This document shows positions 1 through 9,385 of a stretch of 25,945 bases of DNA, one piece after another. A program made the position numbers and the translations under genes. Numbering within the stretch: the first letter of the stretch is position 1; each line of letters starts with the position of its first letter. The DNA comes from a virus (Duplodnaviria; Caudoviricetes): IMG/VR virus record IMGVR_UViG_3300010376_000120, positions 1-25,945 of that record, one strand, 5' to 3'. Under the pieces are notes generated by a model, which saw nothing but the letters and a program-made list of their open reading frames with translations, was not told where the DNA came from and did not search any database.

Positions 1-2513
1 CACTGGTAGCCTTCCTCGCTGGCCAGGCGGGCGTACCGGGCGGCGGCGGGTTCATGCGCCCACGCGGACAGCGCACCGGTCCAGTTGCCGTCTGGTGCCT
101 GAAACCCGCCGAGGTCGGTGAACAGGTTGTCGTTGACACCCTGGACGGAGAAGTGGCCCATCGCGGAGCCGACGAGGCCGCCGCCGAACTGGACGCCGGT
201 GACACCGCCGACCGTCCCGGCGAACGTGCCGCCGGTGGATCCGAGGGCTACCTGCCCGCCGGGGGTCATGACGAACAGGCTGCCCTGAATGTTGCCGCCG
301 CCCGCGTTGACGACACCGATGTTGACACGGCAGGCGGCGAGGGTGGAGAGCCCGAACGCGAACCCGAAGTTGATGACCTGCGAGCCGGCGGCGTTGTATC
401 CGTTGAGGGTGAGCCCGCCGCCGGTTGTGTAAACCAGTTCGAGGCGGGCGACGGTGCCCTGACTGTAGACACGTGCGATGACAGCGTTGTTGGTGTCGTC
501 GCCGGACGGGACGGCGAGGAGGAACCGGGTGATGTTGTCCGTCCACGTCACGCTGGCGGGGTCGACGAGGGCGGCGCAGCTGCCGCCGTTCATGACGGGC
601 AGCGCCGCGGAGCATGCGAACGCTGACGATGACGCCATGGTGAGCCCGGTGTTGCCCATGGGGATTTTCCCGGCGAACTGCCCGATCTGCGTTGCCTGGG
701 GTGCGTCTTCGGCGGGCCAGTACGCGGCAAGGTTCAGCGACGAGGGCAGGCGCAGGTAGGCGCGTGCCATCGCTGAGGCTGCCGGGTTCTGCTGTTGCTG
801 GAGCCGGCTGGTGATCCCGGCGGCGGTGGCCTGGGAGTACACGTCGACGCCGGCCGGGTCTGATGTTTTGGGCAGCGAGTTGAGTTCGCCGTGGAACCGG
901 TACGAGCGTCCGGACAGTTCCGCTGTGCCGTTCAGGGTCCACGTGTTCGCCTGAGCGTCAGCGAATGAGGACACGCCGGGGGTCTGGGACGTGAACACAG
1001 GGTCGGCGATAGGCGTCCCGGTGGACAGGAGCTGGAATTCGTACACTTCGCCTTGCATGCCGCGGAACGCGGGAATGCCCGCGATCGTCGACGACCCGAT
1101 AGTGCCGACCTGCACAGCCTGCCCGGCACCACCGGACAGCGACACCGCCGAAGTGGTTTTAACGTCGCCTAGCTGCGTCCACGACCCGGCCATTGTCGGG
1201 GCGGTGAAAAACGTGACTGTCTGCGCTGAGATGTTGTAATCGGCGCGGATCGCGATGCGGCCGGTGAAGTAGGGCAGCGGCAGTGTCGACGGGGTGCCGA
1301 GGATGTTCGACCCGTCGAAGTGGACGAAGTTGACGGTGCCGTCGGCGTGGCCGGTGACGGACTGGTTGGCGCTGACCAGCAGAGCCCATGACTGGCCGGT
1401 GCCACCCCATTTCCCGGCTAGCGCAGACCCGCGGAAGTCAGTCATGCGCACGTCGATGCGCGCGGACAGGGTGCCGGAGGTGATCTGCAGGCCGCCGACG
1501 GATGCGGCTTTGAGGGTGATAACTCCGGCGCGCCCCGCACCACCGTTGGTGATCGTCGACGAGCCCGAATAGGTTTGCGTGCCCGTGCTCGAGAGGATGT
1601 TGGTTCCGGCGACAGTGGTCTGCCACGACGAGCCGGTGAAGTTGTTCGTTTCGTCGGTGACGTTGACCCACGGCGACGACGGCCCGGACACGGTCGGGGG
1701 TCCGGATGCGGTGAACTCGACGGCCAGGCCGACAGCAATTTCCTTCGCCTGCGCGGTGGTCCCGGTCGCACCCGAGCTGAACGAGGTGCCGGATGTCCAC
1801 GCCGCCCCTGCGGACTGGTCGAACGGCGTCGAGGTGGCGACGCCGGACAGTTCGAACACGTGGGCGTTGGTGATAACGCCGGTTGATGTTGACAGGGTGA
1901 TCTGCACGGCGGTCTGCCCGCCTGCACAGTTCGGGTCGGCCCAGAATTCGACCCGCCCGGACGCCGATGACCCGGAAGCGAACACCGGGCTCGAGCCGAA
2001 GTTCCCCGCCGCGCCGCCGAGGGTGACCCCGGTGATGGTCTGGTTCGTGGCGCCGGTGTTGCCCATGCCGACGGCGACTACCAGGCAGTTCCCGGCAGTG
2101 GTGTTCGACGTGAGCGTGACGGTGAGGGTGGTGAGCCCGGAGTTGTGCCCGGATTTCTGCTGCACCACCGCCGGGGTCGAGAACGACCCGGAGTCGGGTG
2201 CCGACGCATAGGATGCGGTGTCGGTTTCAAGCCGCATATACGCGGGGATGCCCGCCAGCGAACTCGGGACGGAGAACCTGATTGGTGACGACTGCACCAA
2301 CTGCCCGAACCAGGGGCCGGTGGGGTCGCGGACCGTCCACCGGTTATCCCTGTTATTCACCGTGAACGTGGCCTGCGACGGTGACAGGGTCGCGGCTTCG
2401 TTGGGGCGGCCGTGGGAAAACGCCACCGGGTTCCGCTGGTAGATCTGGTGGGTGGTATCGGTCCACGTGCCGAGGTTCACCTCAGCGCGCAGGTCAAGGA
2501 ACGGGGCAGCCAT
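1..2513 (-). CDS. Minor tail / distal tail protein (3'-truncated by window edge), >837 aa
   Basis: Missing from the ORF track because it has no stop in the window. ATG at 2513 reads MAAPFLDLRAEVNLGTWTD...SHGRPNEAATLSPSQATFTVNNRDNRWTVRDPTGPWFGQL and later ...LAAYWPAED..., ending EEGYQ at the edge. This resembles the actinophage gene that follows tape measure. Thr/Ser/Gly-rich, beta-like interior. Confidence 0.85.
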   Translation of the reverse strand, partial: MAAPFLDLRAEVNLGTWTDTTHQIYQRNPVAFSHGRPNEAATLSPSQATFTVNNRDNRWTVRDPTGPWFGQLVQSSPIRFSVPSSLAGIPAYMRLETDTASYASAPDSGSFSTPAVVQQKSGHNSGLTTLTVTLTSNTTAGNCLVVAVGMGNTGATNQTITGVTLGGAAGNFGSSPVFASGSSASGRVEFWADPNCAGGQTAVQITLSTSTGVITNAHVFELSGVATSTPFDQSAGAAWTSGTSFSSGATGTTAQAKEIAVGLAVEFTASGPPTVSGPSSPWVNVTDETNNFTGSSWQTTVAGTNILSSTGTQTYSGSSTITNGGAGRAGVITLKAASVGGLQITSGTLSARIDVRMTDFRGSALAGKWGGTGQSWALLVSANQSVTGHADGTVNFVHFDGSNILGTPSTLPLPYFTGRIAIRADYNISAQTVTFFTAPTMAGSWTQLGDVKTTSAVSLSGGAGQAVQVGTIGSSTIAGIPAFRGMQGEVYEFQLLSTGTPIADPVFTSQTPGVSSFADAQANTWTLNGTAELSGRSYRFHGELNSLPKTSDPAGVDVYSQATAAGITSRLQQQQNPAASAMARAYLRLPSSLNLAAYWPAEDAPQATQIGQFAGKIPMGNTGLTMASSSAFACSAALPVMNGGSCAALVDPASVTWTDNITRFLLAVPSGDDTNNAVIARVYSQGTVARLELVYTTGGGLTLNGYNAAGSQVINFGFAFGLSTLAACRVNIGVVNAGGGNIQGSLFVMTPGGQVALGSTGGTFAGTVGGVTGVQFGGGLVGSAMGHFSVQGVNDNLFTDLGGFQAPDGNWTGALSAWAHEPAAARYARLASEEGYQ

Positions 2514-4053
2514 TACTGTCCAAGCGCTTTCTGAACCGAGCCCGGTCCGCCGCCGCCCCTGGTACGGACCTCGAACTGCAGGCTCGGCCAGATCGCTTTC
2601 ACAAGGGCCATGAAGTTGGGTGCGCCGGCGCCGGTGATAACCAGCTGCATGGCACCCCCGCCGCCGCCACCAGGCCCAGGGCCACGCCGCCGCTCAGGCC
2701 GGTGGAATGCAGGCCGCGGAGAAACCCCTGCCCCGCTTTCTGCCCCGCCTTCACCATCTGCGTCGCCTCAGACGGCTCGGAGAAGTGGATGCCGAACGGC
2801 GCGCCGATCGCGTTGGCGATGTCATGCCCCCACGATTCCGCCCGTGCGAGGAGCCCCCCGAACATGGATTCGGCGCCGTTCGCCAGCCCCATGATGGCGT
2901 GGACTCCGATGTCGAACAGGTCACCGGCCAGGGTGGACAGGGCGTGGACTATCTCGCCGGGGAGCCGCTGAAAAAACCGTTCCAGCCCCCGCCAGAACCC
3001 GATCACCCTGCCGACGATGTTGTCGACGTCCTGCGCCCAGTTCGCCAGGTCAGACATGGCACGGATCAGCCATTTGCGGGTGTCCTGATACCACATGGCA
3101 ACGTCGTGGGACAGGTCATCCCAGTTCTTCATAGCCCCCTTGATCCATTTGGCGGTGGTGGTGAAAAACCAGGCGAGCGTGTCGAACAGGATGTTGATGG
3201 CATGCTGCACGTCGTGGGGGGACATGGCGGTGAGAAGCTGCGCGAACGCGCCCGCGACCTTCAGTATCCCGTTGCCGATGGCGGTGATCGCACCGGGCGT
3301 GATCTTCTCCAGCTGCGTCATCAGGTTCTGGAAACCCTGCGAGTCGATTTTCCTCGACAGGGACTTCATGAACCCTTCGATGGCGGGGGCGGCGGCGTCG
3401 GCGAACTGTGCCACATACGGGAGCAGCGCCGAGGCGATGTTGAGGGCCTGGTTGAACAAGTCGAGGACGACGGGCTGCAGCGGCTTGGCGAACACCTCGA
3501 ATTCCTTGCCGAGGGCGTGGATTCCGTTGATGACCCCAGTGACCGCCGGGCCGGCTTGCTGCTGCGCCACTTTCAGGTTCAGCAGCGCGGTGGCGACGGC
3601 GTGGGCGTTGGTTTTCGTCGGATCCAGGTGCTCTTTCGTCAAAGCGGTGTTGTAGGCGTTCTGCGCCGCGGAGATGGCGGTGTAAGAGTTCTTGATTTTC
3701 TCGAACGTGGGCAGGGCGAGGAGCCCGAACGCGCCGACACCTGCGGCGGCGGCTGTGAACCCGGCGAGGAGCCCGTCAAGTTCGACGACGATCGCGGCGA
3801 TAGCGGGGGCGATGGTCAGCGCCCCGGTGGCGAGGGCGCCGACGTTCTGGAAGTTGCCGCCGAGGATGCCCATGAGCCCGCCGGTGCCGCCGCCGTTGCC
3901 GTTCCACATGTTCCCCAGCCGCCGTGCGAACCGGGCCGAGAACGCCTGCCCCGCCTCATCCCCGGCCAGTTCGGCGTCCGCCTTGGCCTGCGAAAACCCG
4001 GCCTTGGTGTCGTTCCTGGACTTGACCAGGATTTCGACAATGTTCTGTGCCAC
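2513..4053 (-). CDS. Tape measure protein with an apparent 1-nt frameshift near 2670-2695
   Basis: ORF 2599..4053 is Ala/Gly-rich, helical, has W-spaced repeats and FGIHFSEPS, and follows the tail chaperone. The -1 frame continues GPGGGGGGAMQLVITG...EVRTRGGGGPGSVQKALGQ* to a TAA at 2513-2515 that overlaps the next ATG. Confidence 0.85.
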
Positions 4054-4242
4054 CTACTCCTCACCTCCTCTCACCGCTGCGAGCATTTTCAGCCTGCGTA
4101 TCCACGTCGCATCCGACTCGAGCGCCCGGTCACCTGGTATGCCGAACTGCTGCCACATCGCGGCGAGGATTTCCGTTTCGGCTAGTTCGTCAGCGCCTCC
4201 ATCGGCAGGTCCTCCATCCCATCCGCCGGTGAGGCTTTTGGG
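4054..4242 (-). other. -1 programmed frameshift site and GT extension of tail chaperone
   Basis: Slippery heptamer C CCA AAA at 4242-4236 is in frame. The -1 frame is open (SLTGGWDGG...ELAETEILAAMWQQFG...RRLKMLAAVRGGEE*) to a TAG at 4054-4056, abutting the tape measure GTG. Confidence 0.8.
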
Positions 4243-4565
4243 GCCTGCGTCATGCCCTCAAACCAGACCGTGACGATCGCCATGAACACGTCGGTGTCCA
4301 GGGACCGGACACCGGCTTCGGTGACAGGGACGGGGCGGCCGTCGTCGCCGTCGATGTTCCACGACACCAGCCGCGACGCCACCAGCTGGAACAGCTGGGT
4401 GGTCTGCCCGATGGTCGCTTTCCCGGCCTGGAACTCGTCAGCCAGCCCGGCGAGGGACATGAGCTGCCCGACCGACACGGCGCGCATGACCACCTCCAGG
4501 CCGGGGAAATCCTCGAACCGGAGGATGACCTGCCGGGCTGCGAGCTGGAACCGGGCACCGGTCAT
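4182..4565 (-). CDS. Tail assembly chaperone (G)
   Basis: MTGARFQLAARQVILRFEDFPGLEV...LVSWNIDGDDGRPVPVTEAGV. Lies between tail tube and tape measure; ATGA overlap with the tail tube stop. Confidence 0.85.
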   Translation of the reverse strand: MTGARFQLAARQVILRFEDFPGLEVVMRAVSVGQLMSLAGLADEFQAGKATIGQTTQLFQLVASRLVSWNIDGDDGRPVPVTEAGVRSLDTDVFMAIVTVWFEGMTQAPKASPADGMEDLPMEALTN

Positions 4566-4993
4566 GACCATGTGGGGACGGACCCGTTGGCGAGGACACC
4601 GGGCACGGTGAACGTGAGCTCGCCGGCGGCGGCGCGGGTGATGCCGTAGTCGGTGAAGTTCACCGCGCCGTTTCCCGCACCCGAGGATCCGAGGTTCAGG
4701 TTCTTCCCGTTGACCGTGTTGGTGATCGCCCGCGCCACGCTGGTGGACGGGACTGTGGAGAACACGGCGTGGGAGAAGTTCGCCGCCGGGTTGAACACCC
4801 CGTTCAGGGTGCAGGTGAAGTCGGCGAGGAGCAGAAGTGTTTCCTTCGCCGACTTGTCCAGGCCGGTGACGTCCTGTGTTGCCCTGGGGGTTGTCCACGC
4901 GATGTTGGTGAGGTCGTTGCGGATGTCCTGCAGGGTGTTGGTGGCGTCGCCCACTGAGAACGTGGTGTAGGCGAGACCGGTCGACTTAGCCAT
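4562..4993 (-). CDS. Major tail (tube) protein
   Basis: 143 aa, MAKSTGLA...QDVTGLDKSAKETLLLLADF...YGITRAAAGELTF. Directly upstream of the chaperone. Confidence 0.8.
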   Translation of the reverse strand: MAKSTGLAYTTFSVGDATNTLQDIRNDLTNIAWTTPRATQDVTGLDKSAKETLLLLADFTCTLNGVFNPAANFSHAVFSTVPSTSVARAITNTVNGKNLNLGSSGAGNGAVNFTDYGITRAAAGELTFTVPGVLANGSVPTWS

Positions 4994-4998
4994 GTGCG

Positions 4999-5343
4999 TT
5001 ACCTTTCTGTTACCTGTGCGGCGGCGGGCGGGACCACGGGCCCGTCTGCGTTCAAACCCTCTCCTGCCGGGTTGCTACCGGCTCCCGCCCTTACCGGCCC
5101 GGCGGCCGCTTCCCGCGCCTGAATGTGATGCCGGTTGCACCACACCGACCCGTCCACGTGGTGCCTTCCGATGCGCCAGCACCGGTACTGGTGACAGTTC
5201 AGCGCCCGGAACTTGTGGTACATCAGCCCGACGAGAGACAGCCCTGCGATACCCGACAGGGCGTCGTACGGCTCGAAGTGGCCGTACGGGTAGCCGTAGT
5301 CGCTGCCGGTCCAGTGGACGAGGAAGTGAAGGAGGGTGAGCAT
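4999..5343 (-). CDS. Small membrane protein with Cys/His cluster
   Basis: Hydrophobic segment followed by CHQYRCWRIGRH...WCNRHH. Coupled to the upstream stop (TGATG). Confidence 0.65.
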   Translation of the reverse strand: MLTLLHFLVHWTGSDYGYPYGHFEPYDALSGIAGLSLVGLMYHKFRALNCHQYRCWRIGRHHVDGSVWCNRHHIQAREAAAGPVRAGAGSNPAGEGLNADGPVVPPAAAQVTER

Positions 5344-5732
5344 CAGCCACGCTCCGCGATGTCAGCGAGGCGGATCTGGTTGTTGGCGAACGAGTCAACC
5401 CAGTCATCAGCGCGGGTGTGGTCGCGGCGCCCCCACAGGCCATGCTCGAGGAGCCGTTCCTGGCCGTCCCACGGCATGGCGTGCTTCGCAAAGCATTCCT
5501 GCCCGGCTTCGAACTTAAAGGCAGTCAGGCCAGGGCGCTCTTCGCGGTCCTCAGTGAAACGACGTCCGCACTCTTTCCTGATGTAGTGCGCTTGCTGGCG
5601 ACCCAGATCAGTTGACTCATCAACGACCACCTTGAAGCCGTCCCTGTACCGCCAGCAGCCGTATTCGGCGCATGTCGCCGGGCGGGGGGGCCGGACGATC
5701 CGGAATGTGGTGAGGAACTGGGGGGGCAGCAT
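5343..5732 (-). CDS. Hypothetical tail-region protein
   Basis: MLPPQFLTTFRI...RPATCAEYGC...FEAGQECFAKH. TGATG coupling at both ends. Confidence 0.7.
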   Translation of the reverse strand: MLPPQFLTTFRIVRPPRPATCAEYGCWRYRDGFKVVVDESTDLGRQQAHYIRKECGRRFTEDREERPGLTAFKFEAGQECFAKHAMPWDGQERLLEHGLWGRRDHTRADDWVDSFANNQIRLADIAERG

Positions 5733-6463
5733 CAGAACACCACCGCGACCGGGTTGAGGCAGAACTGGACGAAAAACACGGCGTTGGTGAACACGCCGGT
5801 GGTGGTGACCTTGAGGAACTCGTTCACCGCGCCCGCCGCGGTGCCGCGGACCGCGACAGGGGCGACGGACTGGGCACCGAAGTCGATCAGCGTCGTATAA
5901 GACCCGCCGGACGTGGTGGCGTGCTGGATGACAACGTCCACCGACCCCGACCCGAGGCTGACAAGATGCAGGTATGCCTGCGCGCCGAACCCTGGGCCGG
6001 CGGCGCCGAGGTCGAAGAACGCGCCCGTGGTCGCGGACGCGTCGGTCCGCGGGTCGGCGGTGAGCTGGATACCCCACTCAAGGCCGAACCCGTTCGACTC
6101 CTCGTCGGTCGCGAATGTCAGCATCCCGTCAGCGGCGCGGGTCGCATCGTAGTTGAGTTCTTTCGCGTTGCACGAGGCGGCAGGGCCGCCGAGCGTCTGG
6201 CCGCGCAGATACGTGATGATCTGGTCGGACGTGGGCAGGGGCGCGAACGCGGCGTGCGCGGCGCCGAGAGCGGGGTCGTGGTAGGCGACCACCTTGATCG
6301 CACCGGTCCGCTGCCCGCCCAGGCGGGCATGCGCGGACTGGGTGATGTCAGTGACATCCAGCTGGTTGTTCGGGCCGCCGTTCGCGGTGAGGGACTGGAT
6401 GTCGCCGCCGATGTGGAACCCTGCCACATACAGGTCGTCTCCGAGGCCGCCAGTTTTCGCCAT
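5732..6463 (-). CDS. Second tail-tube-like protein with C-terminal extension
   Basis: 243 aa. Shares MAKTGGLG, DVTDITQSAHARL and YDATRAADGMLTF blocks with 4562..4993. Confidence 0.7.
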   Translation of the reverse strand: MAKTGGLGDDLYVAGFHIGGDIQSLTANGGPNNQLDVTDITQSAHARLGGQRTGAIKVVAYHDPALGAAHAAFAPLPTSDQIITYLRGQTLGGPAASCNAKELNYDATRAADGMLTFATDEESNGFGLEWGIQLTADPRTDASATTGAFFDLGAAGPGFGAQAYLHLVSLGSGSVDVVIQHATTSGGSYTTLIDFGAQSVAPVAVRGTAAGAVNEFLKVTTTGVFTNAVFFVQFCLNPVAVVF

Positions 6464-6936
6464 CAGTCCACCTGCGTCCAGAGGTTGTCGATGATCACGG
6501 GAATAGTCAGGTCAGCTACCCGGTAGTAGGAGCCGTCCATGTCGAGGTAGCCGACCTGCGTCACCTCGAGCGGCACCCCGTACGCGCCGAGAAGGTCTAT
6601 CTCCATGACCGTCCCGGCGACGGTGATCTCCCCCGAGTAGAACCCGACCATCTGCAGGACGGCGCGCATCATGTCGGTTTCGATCTCATCCTCAGATTTG
6701 GCGAGGAACGGAGTGTAAATCCGTGCCTGCACTGTCACCCGCCCCGCCGACGCGTTCAGCCCGGACACTGCGGGGACGGGGGTGATCGGGCCGAGCCACA
6801 GCGCGTACGTGAAACCCCCTGTCGGCGCCGAACGGGGTTCGTGGCCGAGGACCTGCCGGAACAGTCCCGACGTTTTCGCCTGGGTCCGCAGGTTCGCGAA
6901 CAGGCTGAGGATGGCCTGCGAGTTGAAGTTACTCAC
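6463..6936 (-). CDS. Tail terminator / completion protein (putative)
   Basis: GTG start, SNFNSQAIL...SGLFRQVLGHEPRSAP...IPVIIDNLWTQVD. Called from position and size. Confidence 0.65.
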   Translation of the reverse strand: MSNFNSQAILSLFANLRTQAKTSGLFRQVLGHEPRSAPTGGFTYALWLGPITPVPAVSGLNASAGRVTVQARIYTPFLAKSEDEIETDMMRAVLQMVGFYSGEITVAGTVMEIDLLGAYGVPLEVTQVGYLDMDGSYYRVADLTIPVIIDNLWTQVD

Positions 6937-7339
6937 GACGGCCGCCCATCTCCTCGATGTACTTGAGGAGTTCGTCGTCCGCGGTCTTCCGCGCCTCACG
7001 TGCCACCTTGAGACGGGTTTTGCGGAACAGGTGATACCCCTTAAACCGGCTGCGCTCGTTCCGCCTGGACACCCCTTCCAGCCACGGGGTGAACACGACA
7101 CCGCGGATCTTCGGTCCCGGTATCGCCTCAACGTCACCCATGCGGGTGACCCGGTGAATGTTGGCCTGGAAACCGCCCCGCGCCCGCCCGGTCTTATCCA
7201 TCGGGAACGAGCGGAGCTCGTCAACAGCGTGGTCGGCGACTTTCCGGCGGGTGTCCTGCAGCCACCGGTTCACGGCCATGTCCGCCTCACCGTCCCACAA
7301 CGGTCCCTTGACGATGACAACGCCGACACGTGAGGCCAT
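6929..7339 (-). CDS. HK97-gp10-like neck protein (putative)
   Basis: Basic 136 aa with KTG...FQANI and PWLEGVSRRNERSRFKGYHLFR, in the connector position. Confidence 0.65.
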   Translation of the reverse strand: MASRVGVVIVKGPLWDGEADMAVNRWLQDTRRKVADHAVDELRSFPMDKTGRARGGFQANIHRVTRMGDVEAIPGPKIRGVVFTPWLEGVSRRNERSRFKGYHLFRKTRLKVAREARKTADDELLKYIEEMGGRRE

Positions 7340-7340
7340 G

Positions 7341-8480
7341 TCACACCACCCTCTGCCGGGCTTTGCGGCCGAACGTGGTGACCGCCTCGTCCCACAAGTC
7401 GGCGAGGGCGACGCCGGGTGCGGCCACGGCCATGTCAGGGGATCCGACGGTCCGGGCGTACCCGGCGGTTTCCTGGAGGACCTGGTTGACCGCCTCGGCG
7501 ATGTTCAGGTCACGGATCAGCTGCGGCGGCCGGTGCCGTGCCACCGTCTGACCGGCGGTGTAAGTGGCCGCGGTGGTGCCGAGCTGGCCGCGGAGCACCG
7601 TGAACGCGCGCAGAGCGTTCACCGTCGCCGCGGAGTGGGTGGCCAGGACGGTGGAATCCCAGCCGCGGATGACAGTGGCGACCCCGGCGACGATCTGCGT
7701 TATCAGCATCCGCTCGGCGTCGAGAACGACGACTTCGCCGACCACGAGGGTGCCCGCCCCTGTGGTGGCGAGCTGGTTGTCAGCCTCCGACGCCGTGGTG
7801 CAGCCGGCACCGGTCTGGGTCAGCCCGGTCGCCGCGGCGGCGACGTCCTGGACGATGACCCGTTCCCCGGTCAGCGGCGCGAACGCGCCGAACGTGTGCG
7901 CATACTGGGCCTGGGAGAACGGCACCGCACCCGTGCCAGGGTTGAGGATGAGCACATCACCGGGCCCGCACTGGCTACCATCAGACAGCGTGACGCTGGT
8001 CGCCGACGCGGAGGAAACGTTGGCGGCCAGCGTCGCCACATTGTCCATGTCGGCGGTGAACCCCCACGTCCCCGTAGCCCAGATCGACGCCTGCGGCGAG
8101 CTCGCGGACCCGAACGACGCCGAGGTGCCCCGGTCAAGCTGGATGCGGCGGATCGGGAACCCTGGCTTGCGGTTCAGCGGGTACGGGATGGCCTGGTTCA
8201 GGCCGATGACCGTGCCGAACGGAGACTCAAGGTCGGTGAGGATCTGCAAGTCCCAGTTGTCGAGGTACAACTGCCACGGATAGGTGCCCTGATAGTTGGG
8301 CCAGTCGAACCGGTACGTGGTGTCGCGGGGGTAGAACACCCGGTGGAGCTGCCCGTCGATACGGTCCGCGGCGGATTCGAGGGCACGGTCTATCCGCGTG
8401 TTGTCCACGTAGCCGTTCTTGAAATCGGGTGCCCGTTGCACTTCGGTGCGGTTGCAGTAGCAGGGACGGGTTATCGCCAT
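7341..8480 (-). CDS. Head-to-tail adaptor with inserted beta-rich domains
   Basis: YCNRTEV...IDRALESAADRIDGQLHRVFYP is a typical gp6/gp15-like N-terminus; C-terminus reads PPQLIRDLNIAEA. Confidence 0.75.
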   Translation of the reverse strand: MAITRPCYCNRTEVQRAPDFKNGYVDNTRIDRALESAADRIDGQLHRVFYPRDTTYRFDWPNYQGTYPWQLYLDNWDLQILTDLESPFGTVIGLNQAIPYPLNRKPGFPIRRIQLDRGTSASFGSASSPQASIWATGTWGFTADMDNVATLAANVSSASATSVTLSDGSQCGPGDVLILNPGTGAVPFSQAQYAHTFGAFAPLTGERVIVQDVAAAATGLTQTGAGCTTASEADNQLATTGAGTLVVGEVVVLDAERMLITQIVAGVATVIRGWDSTVLATHSAATVNALRAFTVLRGQLGTTAATYTAGQTVARHRPPQLIRDLNIAEAVNQVLQETAGYARTVGSPDMAVAAPGVALADLWDEAVTTFGRKARQRVV

Positions 8481-8953
8481 GGCGTCCACACCTCGTCAAT
8501 CTGGTCAGTCCACGGTGCCCACAGCCGCCCCCACGACCACCAGCGGCCGTCAGGCGCGACCGCGACCGCATGAGGTTCCGGGTAGCTGATGCCGAGAACC
8601 GGCATGCGCAGCCGGCCGCCGAGCAGTGAGACCGCATCGGCGATGGGAACACCGGCGTCAGGGTCGGCCGTGAGCGTGAAATAGGCGGCGGCGAGTTCGT
8701 CGTCTGTCAGTCCGGCGCCGAGGGCAGTCACCAGAGCGCGCAGTGAGCACAGCGCGATGTCGCCGTCGATCGTCCATTTGCGGGCTTTCTTCGGCTGGTG
8801 CTTGTGATGCGCCGCGGCGTGATGCTTGCCCGTCGCCGTGCCCTTGCCGCCGGTCGCGGACGTGCCACCGCCGCCTGGCTTAGCAGGCTTGGCGGCCTTC
8901 CCCACAGCGTGCGTCGTAACACGGTGGTGGACCGCGTGGTGCGGCGTTTTCAC
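8471..8953 (-). CDS. His/Lys-rich N-terminus plus minimal papain-like peptidase domain
   Basis: RBS-like GGA upstream of GTG. Motifs C..AL, Y..LT..PDAG, HAV, SWG and DEVW are collinear with 19487..20203. Confidence 0.55.
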   Translation of the reverse strand: MKTPHHAVHHRVTTHAVGKAAKPAKPGGGGTSATGGKGTATGKHHAAAHHKHQPKKARKWTIDGDIALCSLRALVTALGAGLTDDELAAAYFTLTADPDAGVPIADAVSLLGGRLRMPVLGISYPEPHAVAVAPDGRWWSWGRLWAPWTDQIDEVWTPWR

Positions 8954-9006
8954 GTCCCTTGTCCTTGCTTCCTGGACCAGCCCCCAGGGGGCGGGATGGA
9001 TGATGC

Positions 9007-9168
9007 TTATTCGGTTGTGTCGTCAGCGGCCGGAGCCGCCTCCTCTGCAGCGGCCTTCGCCGCAGGCTTCGGCTTCGCCTTCAGCTTCGGCGCCGGTGTC
9101 TCCTCGACGGGGGCCGGGTTGTCTTCGGAGTACGCTGACCCGCCGCCCTCCACGGTTGCCTTCGGCAT
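9007..9168 (-). CDS. Small low-complexity Ala/Lys/Glu/Pro protein
   Basis: MPKATVEGGGS...KAAAEEAAPAADDTTE, with GGGGA RBS. Confidence 0.7.
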   Translation of the reverse strand: MPKATVEGGGSAYSEDNPAPVEETPAPKLKAKPKPAAKAAAEEAAPAADDTTE

Positions 9169-9169
9169 G

Positions 9170-9385
9170 TCACATCCCCTGGTCACGGTCGGGGTCGTAA
9201 TCCCGCGGGTACTGGTAGTCGCCATTCGGGCAGAACAGCACCGCGGGCTGCTGCGGAGGTCCCAGCAGCAGCGGCGTCCCGTCGAACGGGCACGCCACCG
9301 GCGGCTGAGCCCGGTAGTAGGTGTAGTACTCGGACTGGAGTTGCAGGGTGGCGTACAGGTCCCAGCCGGTGACACCAGAAGCCAT
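9170..9385 (-). CDS. Small protein with CPxDG...CPxG motif
   Basis: MASGVTGWDLY...PPVACPFDGTPL...LFCPNGDYQYPRD. TGATG coupling. Confidence 0.7.
   Translation of the reverse strand: MASGVTGWDLYATLQLQSEYYTYYRAQPPVACPFDGTPLLLGPPQQPAVLFCPNGDYQYPRDYDPDRDQGM

Noticed and set aside
52-942. Arg-rich minus-strand ORF and other short ORFs within 1-2500
   Set aside because: Alternative frames of the single tail gene that starts at 2513.
8975-8992. GCCCCC-A-GGGGGC inverted repeat as terminator
   Set aside because: Short stem, 1-nt loop and no U tract; expected by chance at this GC content.
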